In this document: positions 19,907 through 29,801 of the stretch, in pieces
How positions within the stretch are numbered: the stretch's first letter is position 1
Layout: each line of letters opens with the position of its first letter
Sequence record: SRR31156797_6140
Length of the DNA: 49,625 nt
Strand: one strand, 5' to 3'
Notes under the pieces: generated by a model
What the model was told of the DNA's origin: nothing
The model's database searches: none
Seen by the model: the letters and a program-made list of their open reading frames with translations, nothing else
Position numbers and translations under genes: made by a program

Positions 19907-22714
19907 ATGAAAAAAGAGATTATATTGTTGATACTGGTAATGCTATTTGGAATTGGAAGTATTAAGCTTTTTGCTCAATCTGCAAGTGGAAGTGACAATT
20001 TAGTTGCACAACCTATAGCCGATAGAACAGTAACATTTGATGTGACAGAGGAAGGAGAATCTTTACCTATTATTTGGGGATTAGATTTAGCGTGGTTAAG
20101 TGAAGCAAATATTCGTAGGGGAGTTGCTTTTATGGGATCAGATATTGTTGATGTTGTTAGATCTTCATTTATGCCAACAGATGCAATTGTGGATGGTGCA
20201 TTAACTGGTGATGCTTTAACCAACACCAATTTAAGAATTAGTATTATTAATGAGTGGTTAGATGAACATACGCAAGTGGTGCTAAATTCTGATCACCCTT
20301 CAATTGGAGATGATTTTGATCCTTCAAATGCCAATCAAGCAGCAAACTGGGCAGAATTAATCGATATTACAAGAGCTATGCATGTTGATGCCGGACGTAC
20401 AGTAATTACAGTTTCTCCTTTTAATGAACCTGATTATTCTGCAACAGGCCAGGGAACTATTGATGATTTTTATGATATAGTGGAGGTATTAAAGCAAAAT
20501 CCGAATTTCGATAATATAAGAATCTCAGGAGGTAATACTTTAAATTGTGATGAAGCTGCATATTGGTATAATTATTTAGATCCTGCAGGATTAACAGAAG
20601 GAAATACGCATCAACTTGCTGGTGTTTTTGATAATTACGCTAGTTTTTTTGAAACAGTTAGAGCTAATGGTGACCATGCAACCGGAGATGAATTACATAA
20701 TATTATGGAAGCCATGGTAGGTGTTGAGTATGGAATGCAAACTGGTATTTGGTGGGGAACAGCAGAGTATGTGCGTGGTGAATTTTGTAAAGCAAGTGGA
20801 GGAACCCGATTAGGTTATGCTGAGCATAGAGATTATTGGACATCGGCAGCGGTATATCGTACTCCAGATGAAAAAATTCAAGGCTTTATTGGAAGTTCAG
20901 AGCGTCAGGCTGTTACTACTGATTTTCGTTTTTTCTCAAAAGAAAGAGATGTTTATTATGATGGTTACGGTCCTCAAAGAGAATATGTAGTAGAATTACC
21001 AGGAGGAGAAGTTGGTAGTTATCAAAATGGACAAACCAATGCCGAAACGGTTGTTAATATCACATGGGGTGATGATATTCAGCCTGTTATTGATGGAAGA
21101 TATGTAATTGTAAATAAAAACAGTGGTAAAGTAATGGAGGTTACAGGTGGTTCTACTAGTGACGGTGCAAATGTTAGACAAAATACCTACTCTGGAGCTG
21201 CTTACCAACAGTGGGATGTAACACCGGTAAGTAATAGAATTGGAGGTGGTTTTAGCTACTTTCAAATAACGGATGCAAATGTCGGTAAATCTCCGGATGT
21301 TGTAAATTGGTCGCTTGATAATGGTGGTAATATTGCTATGTACGGTGCTGCTTTTGGTGAAAATCAGCAATGGTATTTAGAGTATGTAGGTGATGGTTGG
21401 TTTTATATCAGAAGTCGACATAGTTCTTTAGGTTTGGAAGTATATAATTCACTTCCTCTAGCTGGAGCAAATATTCAGCAGAACAAAACTTACGGAGGGG
21501 ATAATCAGAAATGGCGTTTTTTACCAATTGATGCAGAAGTAGAATTTGTTGCACCAAGTATACCGACTGATTTAGCTGCTGTTGCTAAAGCTGAGTCAGT
21601 AGAGCTTTCATGGACAGCTAGTCCAGAGGATGATGTGAATGGATATCATATTTATCGTTCAGAAACTGAAGGAGGACCTTATAATACAATTGCACGAAAT
21701 GTAAAGAGTGTATCATATGTTGATAATACGGCTACAGAAAATAAAACCTATTATTATGTGGTTAGGGCAGTAGATTATTCATTAAACCGTTCAGAATATA
21801 CCAGTGAAGTATCGGCAACAACAACAGGAGCAAATGCTTTGGTGGCACATTACGATTTTGAAAGTGACACCTATGATAGCTCAGAAAATCTAAACAATGG
21901 AGCTACATACGGAAGCTTTTCATATGCAGCAGGTAAAGTAGATGATGAAGCTATTGTATTTGACGGAAGTGATAATTTTATTCAGTTACCAGCAACAGTA
22001 GTACATCAACAAGAAATAACTATTGCGACTTGGGTATACTGGAATGGAGGACAGGCTTGGCAGCGTATCTTCGACTTTGGTAATGGAACTGATGAATATA
22101 TGTTTTTAACACCAACTAGCAATACAGGAAAACTTCGTTTTGCTATTAAAAATGGAGGTGATGAACAAGTTTTGGATGTTACAAAATTGAGTAATCAGGT
22201 TTGGACACACGTAGCAGTTACTATTGATGCATCAGGAGCTAAAATGTATGTAGATGGAGAACTAGCTATAGAATCTGCTGCTATTACTATTAATCCATTA
22301 GATTTTAAACCGGTATTAAATTATCTGGGAAGAAGTCAGTATTCGGATCCATTATTTAATGGAATGTTAGATGATTTTAAAATATATAACTATGCTTTAT
22401 CTGCTTCAGAGGTAAGTACATTGGCTTCAACATTAACTAATGGATTATTTAAGTCTGAATATAACGACGGAAAAAATCTTTCATTATATCCGGTGCCTGT
22501 TGTAGATAACGTAGTATTAAACTATTCAGGAGAATATAGTCCTGTTTCAAATGTTAATGTGTATAATATGAATGGTAAGTTAATGCTATCAGAAACGATG
22601 GAGTACGGTAGTAGCCTTACTTTAAATGTAGCTGACTTACCAACTGGTTTATATATGATTAAGTTGACAAATGATAATGAAACGATAACGAAAAAGATGC
22701 TTGTAAAGCATTAA
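19907..22714 (+). CDS. Secreted multidomain protein: putative glycoside-hydrolase-like N-domain, ricin-B (CBM13), Fn3, LamG and T9SS C-terminal domain
   Basis: Signal peptide; PFNEPD motif; QQW/QKW repeats; SWTAS..GYHIYRS..YYYVVRAVD Fn3; WQRIFDFG..WTHVAVT..DDFKIYNYALS LamG; YPVPV..GLYMIK..KMLVK CTD. Confidence 0.8.
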   Translation: MKKEIILLILVMLFGIGSIKLFAQSASGSDNLVAQPIADRTVTFDVTEEGESLPIIWGLDLAWLSEANIRRGVAFMGSDIVDVVRSSFMPTDAIVDGALTGDALTNTNLRISIINEWLDEHTQVVLNSDHPSIGDDFDPSNANQAANWAELIDITRAMHVDAGRTVITVSPFNEPDYSATGQGTIDDFYDIVEVLKQNPNFDNIRISGGNTLNCDEAAYWYNYLDPAGLTEGNTHQLAGVFDNYASFFETVRANGDHATGDELHNIMEAMVGVEYGMQTGIWWGTAEYVRGEFCKASGGTRLGYAEHRDYWTSAAVYRTPDEKIQGFIGSSERQAVTTDFRFFSKERDVYYDGYGPQREYVVELPGGEVGSYQNGQTNAETVVNITWGDDIQPVIDGRYVIVNKNSGKVMEVTGGSTSDGANVRQNTYSGAAYQQWDVTPVSNRIGGGFSYFQITDANVGKSPDVVNWSLDNGGNIAMYGAAFGENQQWYLEYVGDGWFYIRSRHSSLGLEVYNSLPLAGANIQQNKTYGGDNQKWRFLPIDAEVEFVAPSIPTDLAAVAKAESVELSWTASPEDDVNGYHIYRSETEGGPYNTIARNVKSVSYVDNTATENKTYYYVVRAVDYSLNRSEYTSEVSATTTGANALVAHYDFESDTYDSSENLNNGATYGSFSYAAGKVDDEAIVFDGSDNFIQLPATVVHQQEITIATWVYWNGGQAWQRIFDFGNGTDEYMFLTPTSNTGKLRFAIKNGGDEQVLDVTKLSNQVWTHVAVTIDASGAKMYVDGELAIESAAITINPLDFKPVLNYLGRSQYSDPLFNGMLDDFKIYNYALSASEVSTLASTLTNGLFKSEYNDGKNLSLYPVPVVDNVVLNYSGEYSPVSNVNVYNMNGKLMLSETMEYGSSLTLNVADLPTGLYMIKLTNDNETITKKMLVKH

Positions 22715-22771
22715 TTCAGACTTCTGAGTCTTCCCGAAACAAGGTTGACAGTTAAAATATAATATTAGTCG

Positions 22772-22803
22772 AAACCTGTGAAGCCTACTTCACAGGTTTT
22801 TTT
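22772..22803 (+). terminator. Rho-independent terminator
   Basis: AAACCTGTGAAG-ccta-CTTCACAGGTTT followed by TTTT. Confidence 0.9.
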
Positions 22804-22908
22804 ATGCATAAGATTAAGAGTTTCCATTTCAATCAAATAAATGATCATTTGCTCCTATAGATAGCAATGCAGATGTTAAAAATGCATTTGATAAAACAGA
22901 ATTTTGCA

Positions 22909-23143
22909 TTGGAGCCATTTTATTTTGAAATGCAGTCAAATCCTTGAATCGGCTTCAATTAATTTACAAAATGCACACAATGCAAAGATTTGCGACGATT
23001 TTATTTGCAAAATGGCCACAAATCAAGGATTTGGCATGATTTTATTTCTGAAATGCCCCCAATTCAAGGAAAAGGCTCCATTTTTCTTCTGAAATGCGTT
23101 CAATGCAAGGATTTGTGTCTATTTCATTTTAAAATGAGCACAA
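22909..23143. repeat. Degenerate tandem array of six dyad-symmetric units, 40-41-bp period
   Basis: AAATG at 22928, 22969, 23010, 23051, 23092 and 23132, each followed by N4-CAA. Confidence 0.85.
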
Positions 23144-23229
23144 TTACTATGGGCAACATGCTACCTGGCTTTTCTATTGGGGTTCCTCATAACTATAATC
23201 AATTTAAATCATCAAATAGATAGAAAAAC

Positions 23230-23261
23230 AAAAGCTCACTCCAAATAAGGAATGAGCTTTT
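23230..23261 (-). terminator. Terminator downstream of lgt
   Basis: AAAAGCTCACTCC-aaataa-GGAATGAGCTTTT. Confidence 0.75.
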
Positions 23262-23282
23262 AATAAATCATATTTTTTAGCC

Positions 23283-24086
23283 TTATGCTTTATCTTTTAT
23301 CTTAAGCTGATACGAACGGTATATAAAATACAATCCGGCCAGTACAAAAGGAATACTTAACCATTGGCCCATATTTAAGGCCATACCTTCTTCAAACTCT
23401 TCCTGATTTTCTTTTACAAACTCAATAAAGAAACGAGCCAGGAATGTTCCCACTAAAAACACTCCAAAAATTAAACCCTGACGATCCTTTGCTTTAGTTT
23501 TCCAATACATATACATCAGCAATGCAAATAATGAAAGGTAAGATAAGGCCTCATATATCTGCGTAGGATGTTTGGCAACAGTTTCTCCATTTCGGGCAAA
23601 AATAAATCCCCATGGTAAAGTTGTTTCTACTCCGTAAATTTCAGAATTCATTAGGTTACCCATACGAATAAAGAAGGCAGCTAAAGCAGTTGGAATTACC
23701 AATCGATCTAAAATCCAAATGGGTGATTTTTTGGATACCTTTTTAGAGTAAAATATAATGGCAATTACAATTCCCAAAGCACCACCATGACTGGCCAGTC
23801 CACCATGCCACACCATTAATATTTCGCCCGGATGTTCAGCATAATAATCCCACCCGTAGAAAATTACATGTCCTAAACGAGCTCCTACAATGGTAGCGAT
23901 AACCACATACATAAATAGTTTTTCGAGCCAGGGAAGGGGAATCTTTTCTGCTTTAAACATTTTCTCCATCAGGTAATAACCTAACATAAAAGAAATGGCA
24001 AAAAATAATCCGTAATATCTAACAGATAGAGACCATTTTCCAAATATTTCAGGATCTACATTCCAGGTAATAAAATCTAGTACCAT
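23283..24086 (-). CDS. lgt: Prolipoprotein diacylglyceryl transferase
   Basis: RYYG, GARLGHV, GGLASHGG, RMGNLMNSEIYG, HPTQIYE and RFFIEFVK motifs. Confidence 0.96.
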   Translation of the reverse strand: MVLDFITWNVDPEIFGKWSLSVRYYGLFFAISFMLGYYLMEKMFKAEKIPLPWLEKLFMYVVIATIVGARLGHVIFYGWDYYAEHPGEILMVWHGGLASHGGALGIVIAIIFYSKKVSKKSPIWILDRLVIPTALAAFFIRMGNLMNSEIYGVETTLPWGFIFARNGETVAKHPTQIYEALSYLSLFALLMYMYWKTKAKDRQGLIFGVFLVGTFLARFFIEFVKENQEEFEEGMALNMGQWLSIPFVLAGLYFIYRSYQLKIKDKA

Positions 24087-24196
24087 AATTATTTTGATTT
24101 TGAGTTCATGGATAAGCGTTTTGTTCGCCTATCCACGGCTCTATTTTAGCTATTACTGCAGCTAAATATTTTATTTTAAAGTTACTTGATTATTAA

Positions 24197-27100
24197 TTAT
24201 GCCGGTTGTCCTTTACCATGACATTGCTTGTACTTTTTCCCGCTTCCACATGGACATGGCTCGTTACGTCCTACTTTTTTCTCCACTCTTACCGGTTCTG
24301 CTTTTGGCTTTTCTTTAGCTGGACTCTCACCACCGCCAAAACCATCACGACTTGCTTTCAGTTTACTTAAATCCTGACGCTTACGAACTTCTTCCTGCTT
24401 AATTTGCTCAGGATCCTGAACCGGAATAGTTGCTTTTACCAAAGTAGAAACCACATCGCGATTCGCTTTATCCAACATGCCTTTAAACAATTCAAAGGAC
24501 TCAAATTTATAGATCAATAGCGGATCTTTTTGCTCGTAAGTCGCATTCTGAACGGCAGTTCTTAAATCATCCAATTCACGCAAGTGCTCTTTCCAGGCAT
24601 TATCAATCGTCATTAAGATGATGGATTTCTCCAGTGACTTCACTAATTCAGCACCATTGGTTTCGTAGGCTTTTTTCAAATTAGTGGTAATCTGCATCAT
24701 TCTTTGTCCATCAGTAAACGGAACTACAATATTCTTGTATTGCTCCGACCTGGTTTCGTATACATCCTTTATTACAGGCATAGCTTGAGATGCAATAGTT
24801 TCTGCTTTTCGTTGATAAGCACTCCACACATCTTTGTATAGTTTATCAGCCATTTCTGCAGGATTTCCTTTTAAGAATTCCTGACTTGAAAATGGTGAAG
24901 AAACTGAGAATACACGGATTAGTTCCATCTCAAAACCTTCGAAATCGGCATTCTGATGATGCTCCGAAATCATGCTCTCACATGTATCATAAATAGTATT
25001 CGATAAGTCAACCTGAATTCTCTCACCATATAAAGCATGGCGACGTTTGGTATAGATTACCTCTCGCTGAGAGTTCATTACATCATCATACTCCAGTAAT
25101 CGTTTCCTGATACCGAAGTTGTTTTCTTCCACTTTTTTCTGAGCACGCTCAATAGATTTGGTAATCATGGAGTGTTGAATTACTTCACCATCCTCAACTC
25201 CTAATCTATCCATATATTTTACAATACGATCCGAACCAAACAGACGCATCAGGTTATCTTCTAACGAAACGAAGAATTGTGAACTACCCACATCTCCCTG
25301 ACGACCGGCACGACCTCTTAACTGGCGATCGACACGACGAGACTCATGACGCTCAGTACCTACAATGGCTAAACCTCCTGCCTTCTTTACCTCATCTGAT
25401 AATTTAATATCGGTACCACGACCTGCCATGTTGGTAGCAATAGTTACCACTCCTTTTCCTCCGGCTTCCGCTACAATTTCAGCCTCGCGCTGGTGCATTT
25501 TCGCATTCAGTACGTTATGCTTAATTCCTCTGATCTTAAGCATACGACTTAAAAGTTCTGATATTTCTACAGAAGTGGTACCCAATAATACAGGACGGCC
25601 ATCTTTAACCAATCCAACAACTTCTTCGATTACGGCATTATATTTTTCACGGTTTGTTTTGTAAACCTTATCATCTCTATCATCTCGAGCAATCGGTCTG
25701 TTGGTTGGAATAACCACTACATCCAACTCATATATATCCCAAAACTCACCTGCTTCCGTCTGCGCTGTACCTGTCATACCCGAAAGTTTGTGGTACATTC
25801 TAAAGTAATTCTGCAATGTTACAGTAGCATAGGTTTGCGTAGCAGCTTCTACCTTAACACGTTCTTTGGCTTCGATAGCCTGATGTAAACCATCAGAATA
25901 ACGACGGCCTTCCATAATACGACCTGTTTGCTCATCTACAATTTTAACCTTGTTATCCATTACCACATACTCTGTATCTTTCTCAAACAAAGTATAGGCT
26001 TTTAATAACTGGTTAATGGTATGAACCCTTTCAGATTTTACTCCATAACTCTGTAATAAAGCATCTTTCTTCTCCAGTTTATCCTGATCACTTAAAGTAG
26101 ATTTCTCCAATTCAGCAATCTCAGAACCAATATCCGGCAGTACAAAGAATTGTGGATCATCCGTAGACCCTGTGATTAAATCAATTCCATTTTCGGTAAG
26201 CTCTATAGAGTTGTGTTTTTCATCAATTACAAAGAACAAAGGATCGGTTACTATATGCATATTTTTACTATTCTCCTGCATATAGTAATTTTCTGTTTTT
26301 AGCATGGAAGCTTTTACTCCCGGTTCACTTAAAAACTTAATCAATGGTTTATTACGAGGAAGACCTTTAAAGACTCTGAGCAATAATAAAGCACCTTCTT
26401 CAGCCACCTTTTTATCCTCAGACTTCATCTTCTTTTTGGCGTCCACTAAAATGCCTGAAACCAGTTGGCGCTGTGCCTCAACTAATTTTTCCACCTTTGG
26501 TTTTAGCTCTTCAAAAAGCTGATCATCACCTTTAGGTACCGGTCCTGAAATAATCAAAGGTGTTCTCGCATCATCAATTAATACGGAGTCAACCTCATCG
26601 ACAATGGCATAATTGTGCTTACGTTGCACTAAATCTTCAGGAGAAATAGCCATGTTATCACGCAAGTAATCAAAACCAAACTCATTATTGGTACCAAATG
26701 TAATATCACAATTATAAGCTACTCTACGCTCATTTGAGTTAGGTCGATGCTTATCGATACAATCTACAGATAGTCCGTGGAATTGATATAATGGCCCCAT
26801 CCATTCGGAGTCACGTTTTGCCAGGTAATCATTCACAGTTACCACATGAACACCACGACCTGTTAATGCATTTAAGAAAACAGGCAAAGTAGCCACTAAG
26901 GTTTTACCTTCACCTGTTGCCATCTCAGCAATTTTCCCCTGATGCAAGGCTACACCACCAAACAACTGCACATCGTAATGAATCATTTCCCAGGTAATGG
27001 TATTTCCTCCCGCTTCCCAAGAGTTATGCCAGATGGCCTTGTCGTTTTCAATTTCTACAAAATCATGCGCTGCAGCTAAATCTCTGTCAAATTCCGAAGC

Positions 27101-27499
27101 ACTTACTTCAACCGTTTTGTTTTGCGTAAAACGTCTGGCTGTATCTTTAAGAATGGCAAAAGCTTCAGGCAGAACATCTGCTAAAACTTTTTCCAGCTTT
27201 TCATCAATACCTTTTTCTATTTTATCTACTTCAGCATAGATTTTTTCTCTTTCTGTAATCGCTACAGAAGCATCTTCTGTTTTATCTTTTAGCGCCGCTA
27301 CTTTATCTAAATCCTCTTGAATAAAGGATCTGATTTTATCCTTTAAGGCCAGACTTTTTTCACGAAGCTGGTCGTTTGTTAACTTTTCAATTTCAGGGGA
27401 TACTGATTTTACCAGATCTACAATAGGGTTTAGTTCCTTTAAATCACGATCATATTTACTACCAAAAAATTTGGTAACCAAATTATTAAATATTGCCAT
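24197..27499 (-). CDS. secA: Preprotein translocase ATPase SecA
   Basis: [38 protein letters not shown] and C-terminal [18 protein letters not shown]. Confidence 0.99.
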   Translation of the reverse strand: MAIFNNLVTKFFGSKYDRDLKELNPIVDLVKSVSPEIEKLTNDQLREKSLALKDKIRSFIQEDLDKVAALKDKTEDASVAITEREKIYAEVDKIEKGIDEKLEKVLADVLPEAFAILKDTARRFTQNKTVEVSASEFDRDLAAAHDFVEIENDKAIWHNSWEAGGNTITWEMIHYDVQLFGGVALHQGKIAEMATGEGKTLVATLPVFLNALTGRGVHVVTVNDYLAKRDSEWMGPLYQFHGLSVDCIDKHRPNSNERRVAYNCDITFGTNNEFGFDYLRDNMAISPEDLVQRKHNYAIVDEVDSVLIDDARTPLIISGPVPKGDDQLFEELKPKVEKLVEAQRQLVSGILVDAKKKMKSEDKKVAEEGALLLLRVFKGLPRNKPLIKFLSEPGVKASMLKTENYYMQENSKNMHIVTDPLFFVIDEKHNSIELTENGIDLITGSTDDPQFFVLPDIGSEIAELEKSTLSDQDKLEKKDALLQSYGVKSERVHTINQLLKAYTLFEKDTEYVVMDNKVKIVDEQTGRIMEGRRYSDGLHQAIEAKERVKVEAATQTYATVTLQNYFRMYHKLSGMTGTAQTEAGEFWDIYELDVVVIPTNRPIARDDRDDKVYKTNREKYNAVIEEVVGLVKDGRPVLLGTTSVEISELLSRMLKIRGIKHNVLNAKMHQREAEIVAEAGGKGVVTIATNMAGRGTDIKLSDEVKKAGGLAIVGTERHESRRVDRQLRGRAGRQGDVGSSQFFVSLEDNLMRLFGSDRIVKYMDRLGVEDGEVIQHSMITKSIERAQKKVEENNFGIRKRLLEYDDVMNSQREVIYTKRRHALYGERIQVDLSNTIYDTCESMISEHHQNADFEGFEMELIRVFSVSSPFSSQEFLKGNPAEMADKLYKDVWSAYQRKAETIASQAMPVIKDVYETRSEQYKNIVVPFTDGQRMMQITTNLKKAYETNGAELVKSLEKSIILMTIDNAWKEHLRELDDLRTAVQNATYEQKDPLLIYKFESFELFKGMLDKANRDVVSTLVKATIPVQDPEQIKQEEVRKRQDLSKLKASRDGFGGGESPAKEKPKAEPVRVEKKVGRNEPCPCGSGKKYKQCHGKGQPA

Positions 27500-27595
27500 G
27501 CTTATATTAATGATATCAGAGAATATTTACTCTGATCGGTTTTACAAAAAAATAATAAGAATTAACTCTTTACTAAAGAGTTTTAAAAGCGAAGA

Positions 27596-28000
27596 TTACA
27601 CGAACAGCGGACCTGCTCTGCTTTGAATATGAATTCCCTCATAAAAGGAAACATAGCTTTGTTTAGCGTTTATAACTCCCTCTAAGGTGAGTACACATCT
27701 AAAGCAAAACTGCCTGACCGATAGAATTACCGGCACATAATGATTAGAAAAATCTTTGAGTAGAGAATGGTTTCTTCCGGATTCTATTATTTTATGAATC
27801 CTGTTTTTAGGGCTCTTCGAAGGCTTGCTCTTTTTTACTTTTGTAATTGGAGCAGACTTTTCTGAAGAACTAATATCAAACTCAAAACCGTAAGTTCGTA
27901 AAGTTTCAGCATTTAATTCCAATGATCCCACCACGCACGACGACATAGTCACCAGCAGTGTAATCCCAAGAACTTTAAATTTTGCTAAATCTTTCTTCAT
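27596..28000 (-). CDS. secA upstream ORF with signal peptide and C-terminal RAGP; candidate SecM-like translation-arrest peptide
   Basis: Basic N-terminus, hydrophobic stretch with MSSC, ends GIHIQSRAGPLFV; 96 nt upstream of secA on the same strand; own TAnnTTTG promoter. Confidence 0.72.
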   Translation of the reverse strand: MKKDLAKFKVLGITLLVTMSSCVVGSLELNAETLRTYGFEFDISSSEKSAPITKVKKSKPSKSPKNRIHKIIESGRNHSLLKDFSNHYVPVILSVRQFCFRCVLTLEGVINAKQSYVSFYEGIHIQSRAGPLFV

Positions 28001-28020
28001 TTAATTTTTTCTAACGCCCA

Positions 28021-28028
28021 CAAATGTA
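28021..28028 (-). promoter_or_regulatory. Bacteroidota -7 promoter element for uORF-secA-lgt
   Basis: Reverse complement reads TACATTTG, 20 nt before ATG 28000. Confidence 0.65.
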
Positions 28029-28131
28029 ATAAAAAAGACAAAAGATATACATCTTTCCAACAAGAGATAATATGACAATAAAAAAGAGACTCTAAAACAA
28101 CGCTTTAAAGTCTCTCTTCATATTTTCTTTT

Positions 28132-28941
28132 TTATTTCTTCATATACTTATAAGCTTCCGGCAAATAAGATTTAATGTCTGAAATACGCGTATCATCCGA
28201 TGGGTGCGTACTCATAAACTCTGGTGGTTTTTGACCTCCACTTTCAGACATTCTAGTCCAGAAATCAACTGCCGTTGCAGGATCATATCCTGCCATAGCC
28301 ATAAAAATCAAACCCATTTTATCCGCTTCTGTTTCGTGCTTACGCGAAAAAGGTAACATCATACCATACTGAGCTCCCAAACCAAATGCACCCATATAAA
28401 TTTGCTGCGTTTGCTCCGGTTTCTCTTTTAGCGCCACTTGCAATCCCATGGCTACCGCTTGTACACCCATTTGCTGACTCATTCTTTCATTACCATGACG
28501 AGCTACAGCATGAGCAATTTCGTGTCCCATAACTACAGCCATTCCATTTTCATCCTGTGTATAAGGTAAAATACCAGTATAAAACACAACCTTTCCTCCT
28601 GGCATACACCAGGCATTGGGTGTTTCGTCATCTACCAGGTTAAATTCCCAGCTAAAGTTATCTACATGACTACTTAAGCCATTATCGTTTAAATATTTTT
28701 CTACTGCAGCTGCTATTTTGGATCCCACCTTTTTTACCAAGGCACTCTGTTCCTGATTGGTTGACAGCTTGGCTTCTTTAAGAAAAGCACTGTAATTGGT
28801 CAAACCCATATCGGCCATTTGTGATTCCGGGAACAAATTTAACTGAGATCTTCCTGTAATAGGTACTTTAGAACATGCAATAGCCATTACAGCTATGATA
28901 ATAACACTTGTTATTTGCTTCCAATACATTTTAATATTCAT
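28132..28941 (-). CDS. M48 family zinc metalloprotease, lipoprotein
   Basis: AIAC lipobox, NAWCMPGGK, GHEIAH (HExxH), SRKHETEAD and STHP motifs. Confidence 0.93.
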   Translation of the reverse strand: MNIKMYWKQITSVIIIAVMAIACSKVPITGRSQLNLFPESQMADMGLTNYSAFLKEAKLSTNQEQSALVKKVGSKIAAAVEKYLNDNGLSSHVDNFSWEFNLVDDETPNAWCMPGGKVVFYTGILPYTQDENGMAVVMGHEIAHAVARHGNERMSQQMGVQAVAMGLQVALKEKPEQTQQIYMGAFGLGAQYGMMLPFSRKHETEADKMGLIFMAMAGYDPATAVDFWTRMSESGGQKPPEFMSTHPSDDTRISDIKSYLPEAYKYMKK

Positions 28942-29020
28942 CCTTGAAGTTATTTTCAGATTAGATTATCTATTACAAAAATAGAAGAATTGTATGAATT
29001 TTATAAACCCAGATGCTTCA

Positions 29021-29695
29021 TTATGGTTCAATGCCTGTATTTTTCCAGTAAGCATTTTCATCATCATCTTCATCTTCCTCCTCCTCATCAAGCACTGATT
29101 TAGGTCGTTGAGGTCCTTTCTTGCGATAAACCCACGCAAGAAGTATACCAGCCAATCCTCCCCAAAAATGTCCTTCCCACGAATATGGCAAATTCACTTT
29201 TAAAGGAAAAGCACCCCAAACCAAACTTCCATAAAAGAAGATTACCAAAAATGAAATAGCTATTAATCGGATATGTCTTCTGATAATTCCGCTTAAAGCC
29301 AGAAAACCGGCCAAGCCATAAATAACTCCACTGGCACCGATATGCCAGGAATCGCGCGCAGCCAACCATACACCAACTCCGGCAAAAAGATAAATCAGAA
29401 AGAAAACTTTATAAGCGATCTTATTATAGAAATAAAATAATGTTAAAGCCAATACAAACATTGATACCGAATTGGAATACAAATGATCCCAATCGCCATG
29501 TATCAAAGGAGAACAAATAATACCTATTAAGCCCTCTGATTTTAAAGGTCTGACACCAAAACTGGTAAAAGACCATCCTTCCAATGTTTCAACCAATTTG
29601 ACAGTGAATATTATCAGAACAAAAAACGAAGGAAAAATAAGGCTATGAATAAAGCGCCTTTTTTCGATGGGAATATGTGAACCTAAACCTTTCAA
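29021..29695 (-). CDS. Rhomboid family intramembrane serine protease
   Basis: HGDWDHLYSN, GASG and SWEGHFWG motifs. Confidence 0.92.
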   Translation of the reverse strand: MKGLGSHIPIEKRRFIHSLIFPSFFVLIIFTVKLVETLEGWSFTSFGVRPLKSEGLIGIICSPLIHGDWDHLYSNSVSMFVLALTLFYFYNKIAYKVFFLIYLFAGVGVWLAARDSWHIGASGVIYGLAGFLALSGIIRRHIRLIAISFLVIFFYGSLVWGAFPLKVNLPYSWEGHFWGGLAGILLAWVYRKKGPQRPKSVLDEEEEDEDDDENAYWKNTGIEP

Positions 29696-29801
29696 TCAAT
29701 AAATGTGTTAATGCCTAATTCATCTTAAATAAACATAAATTTTTAATACATGACCGCCTATTCCTTGATTAATATTTAATTTTACGTCCCATTTCAACAA
29801 C

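Noticed and set aside
22909-23143. CRISPR interpretation of the 41-bp array
   Set aside because: Units are degenerate throughout, there are no unique spacers of about 30 nt, and no cas genes are present.
22904-23223. Track ORFs 22904..23092 and 22990..23223
   Set aside because: They lie after a strong terminator across a repeat whose period is not a multiple of three; likely chance ORFs.
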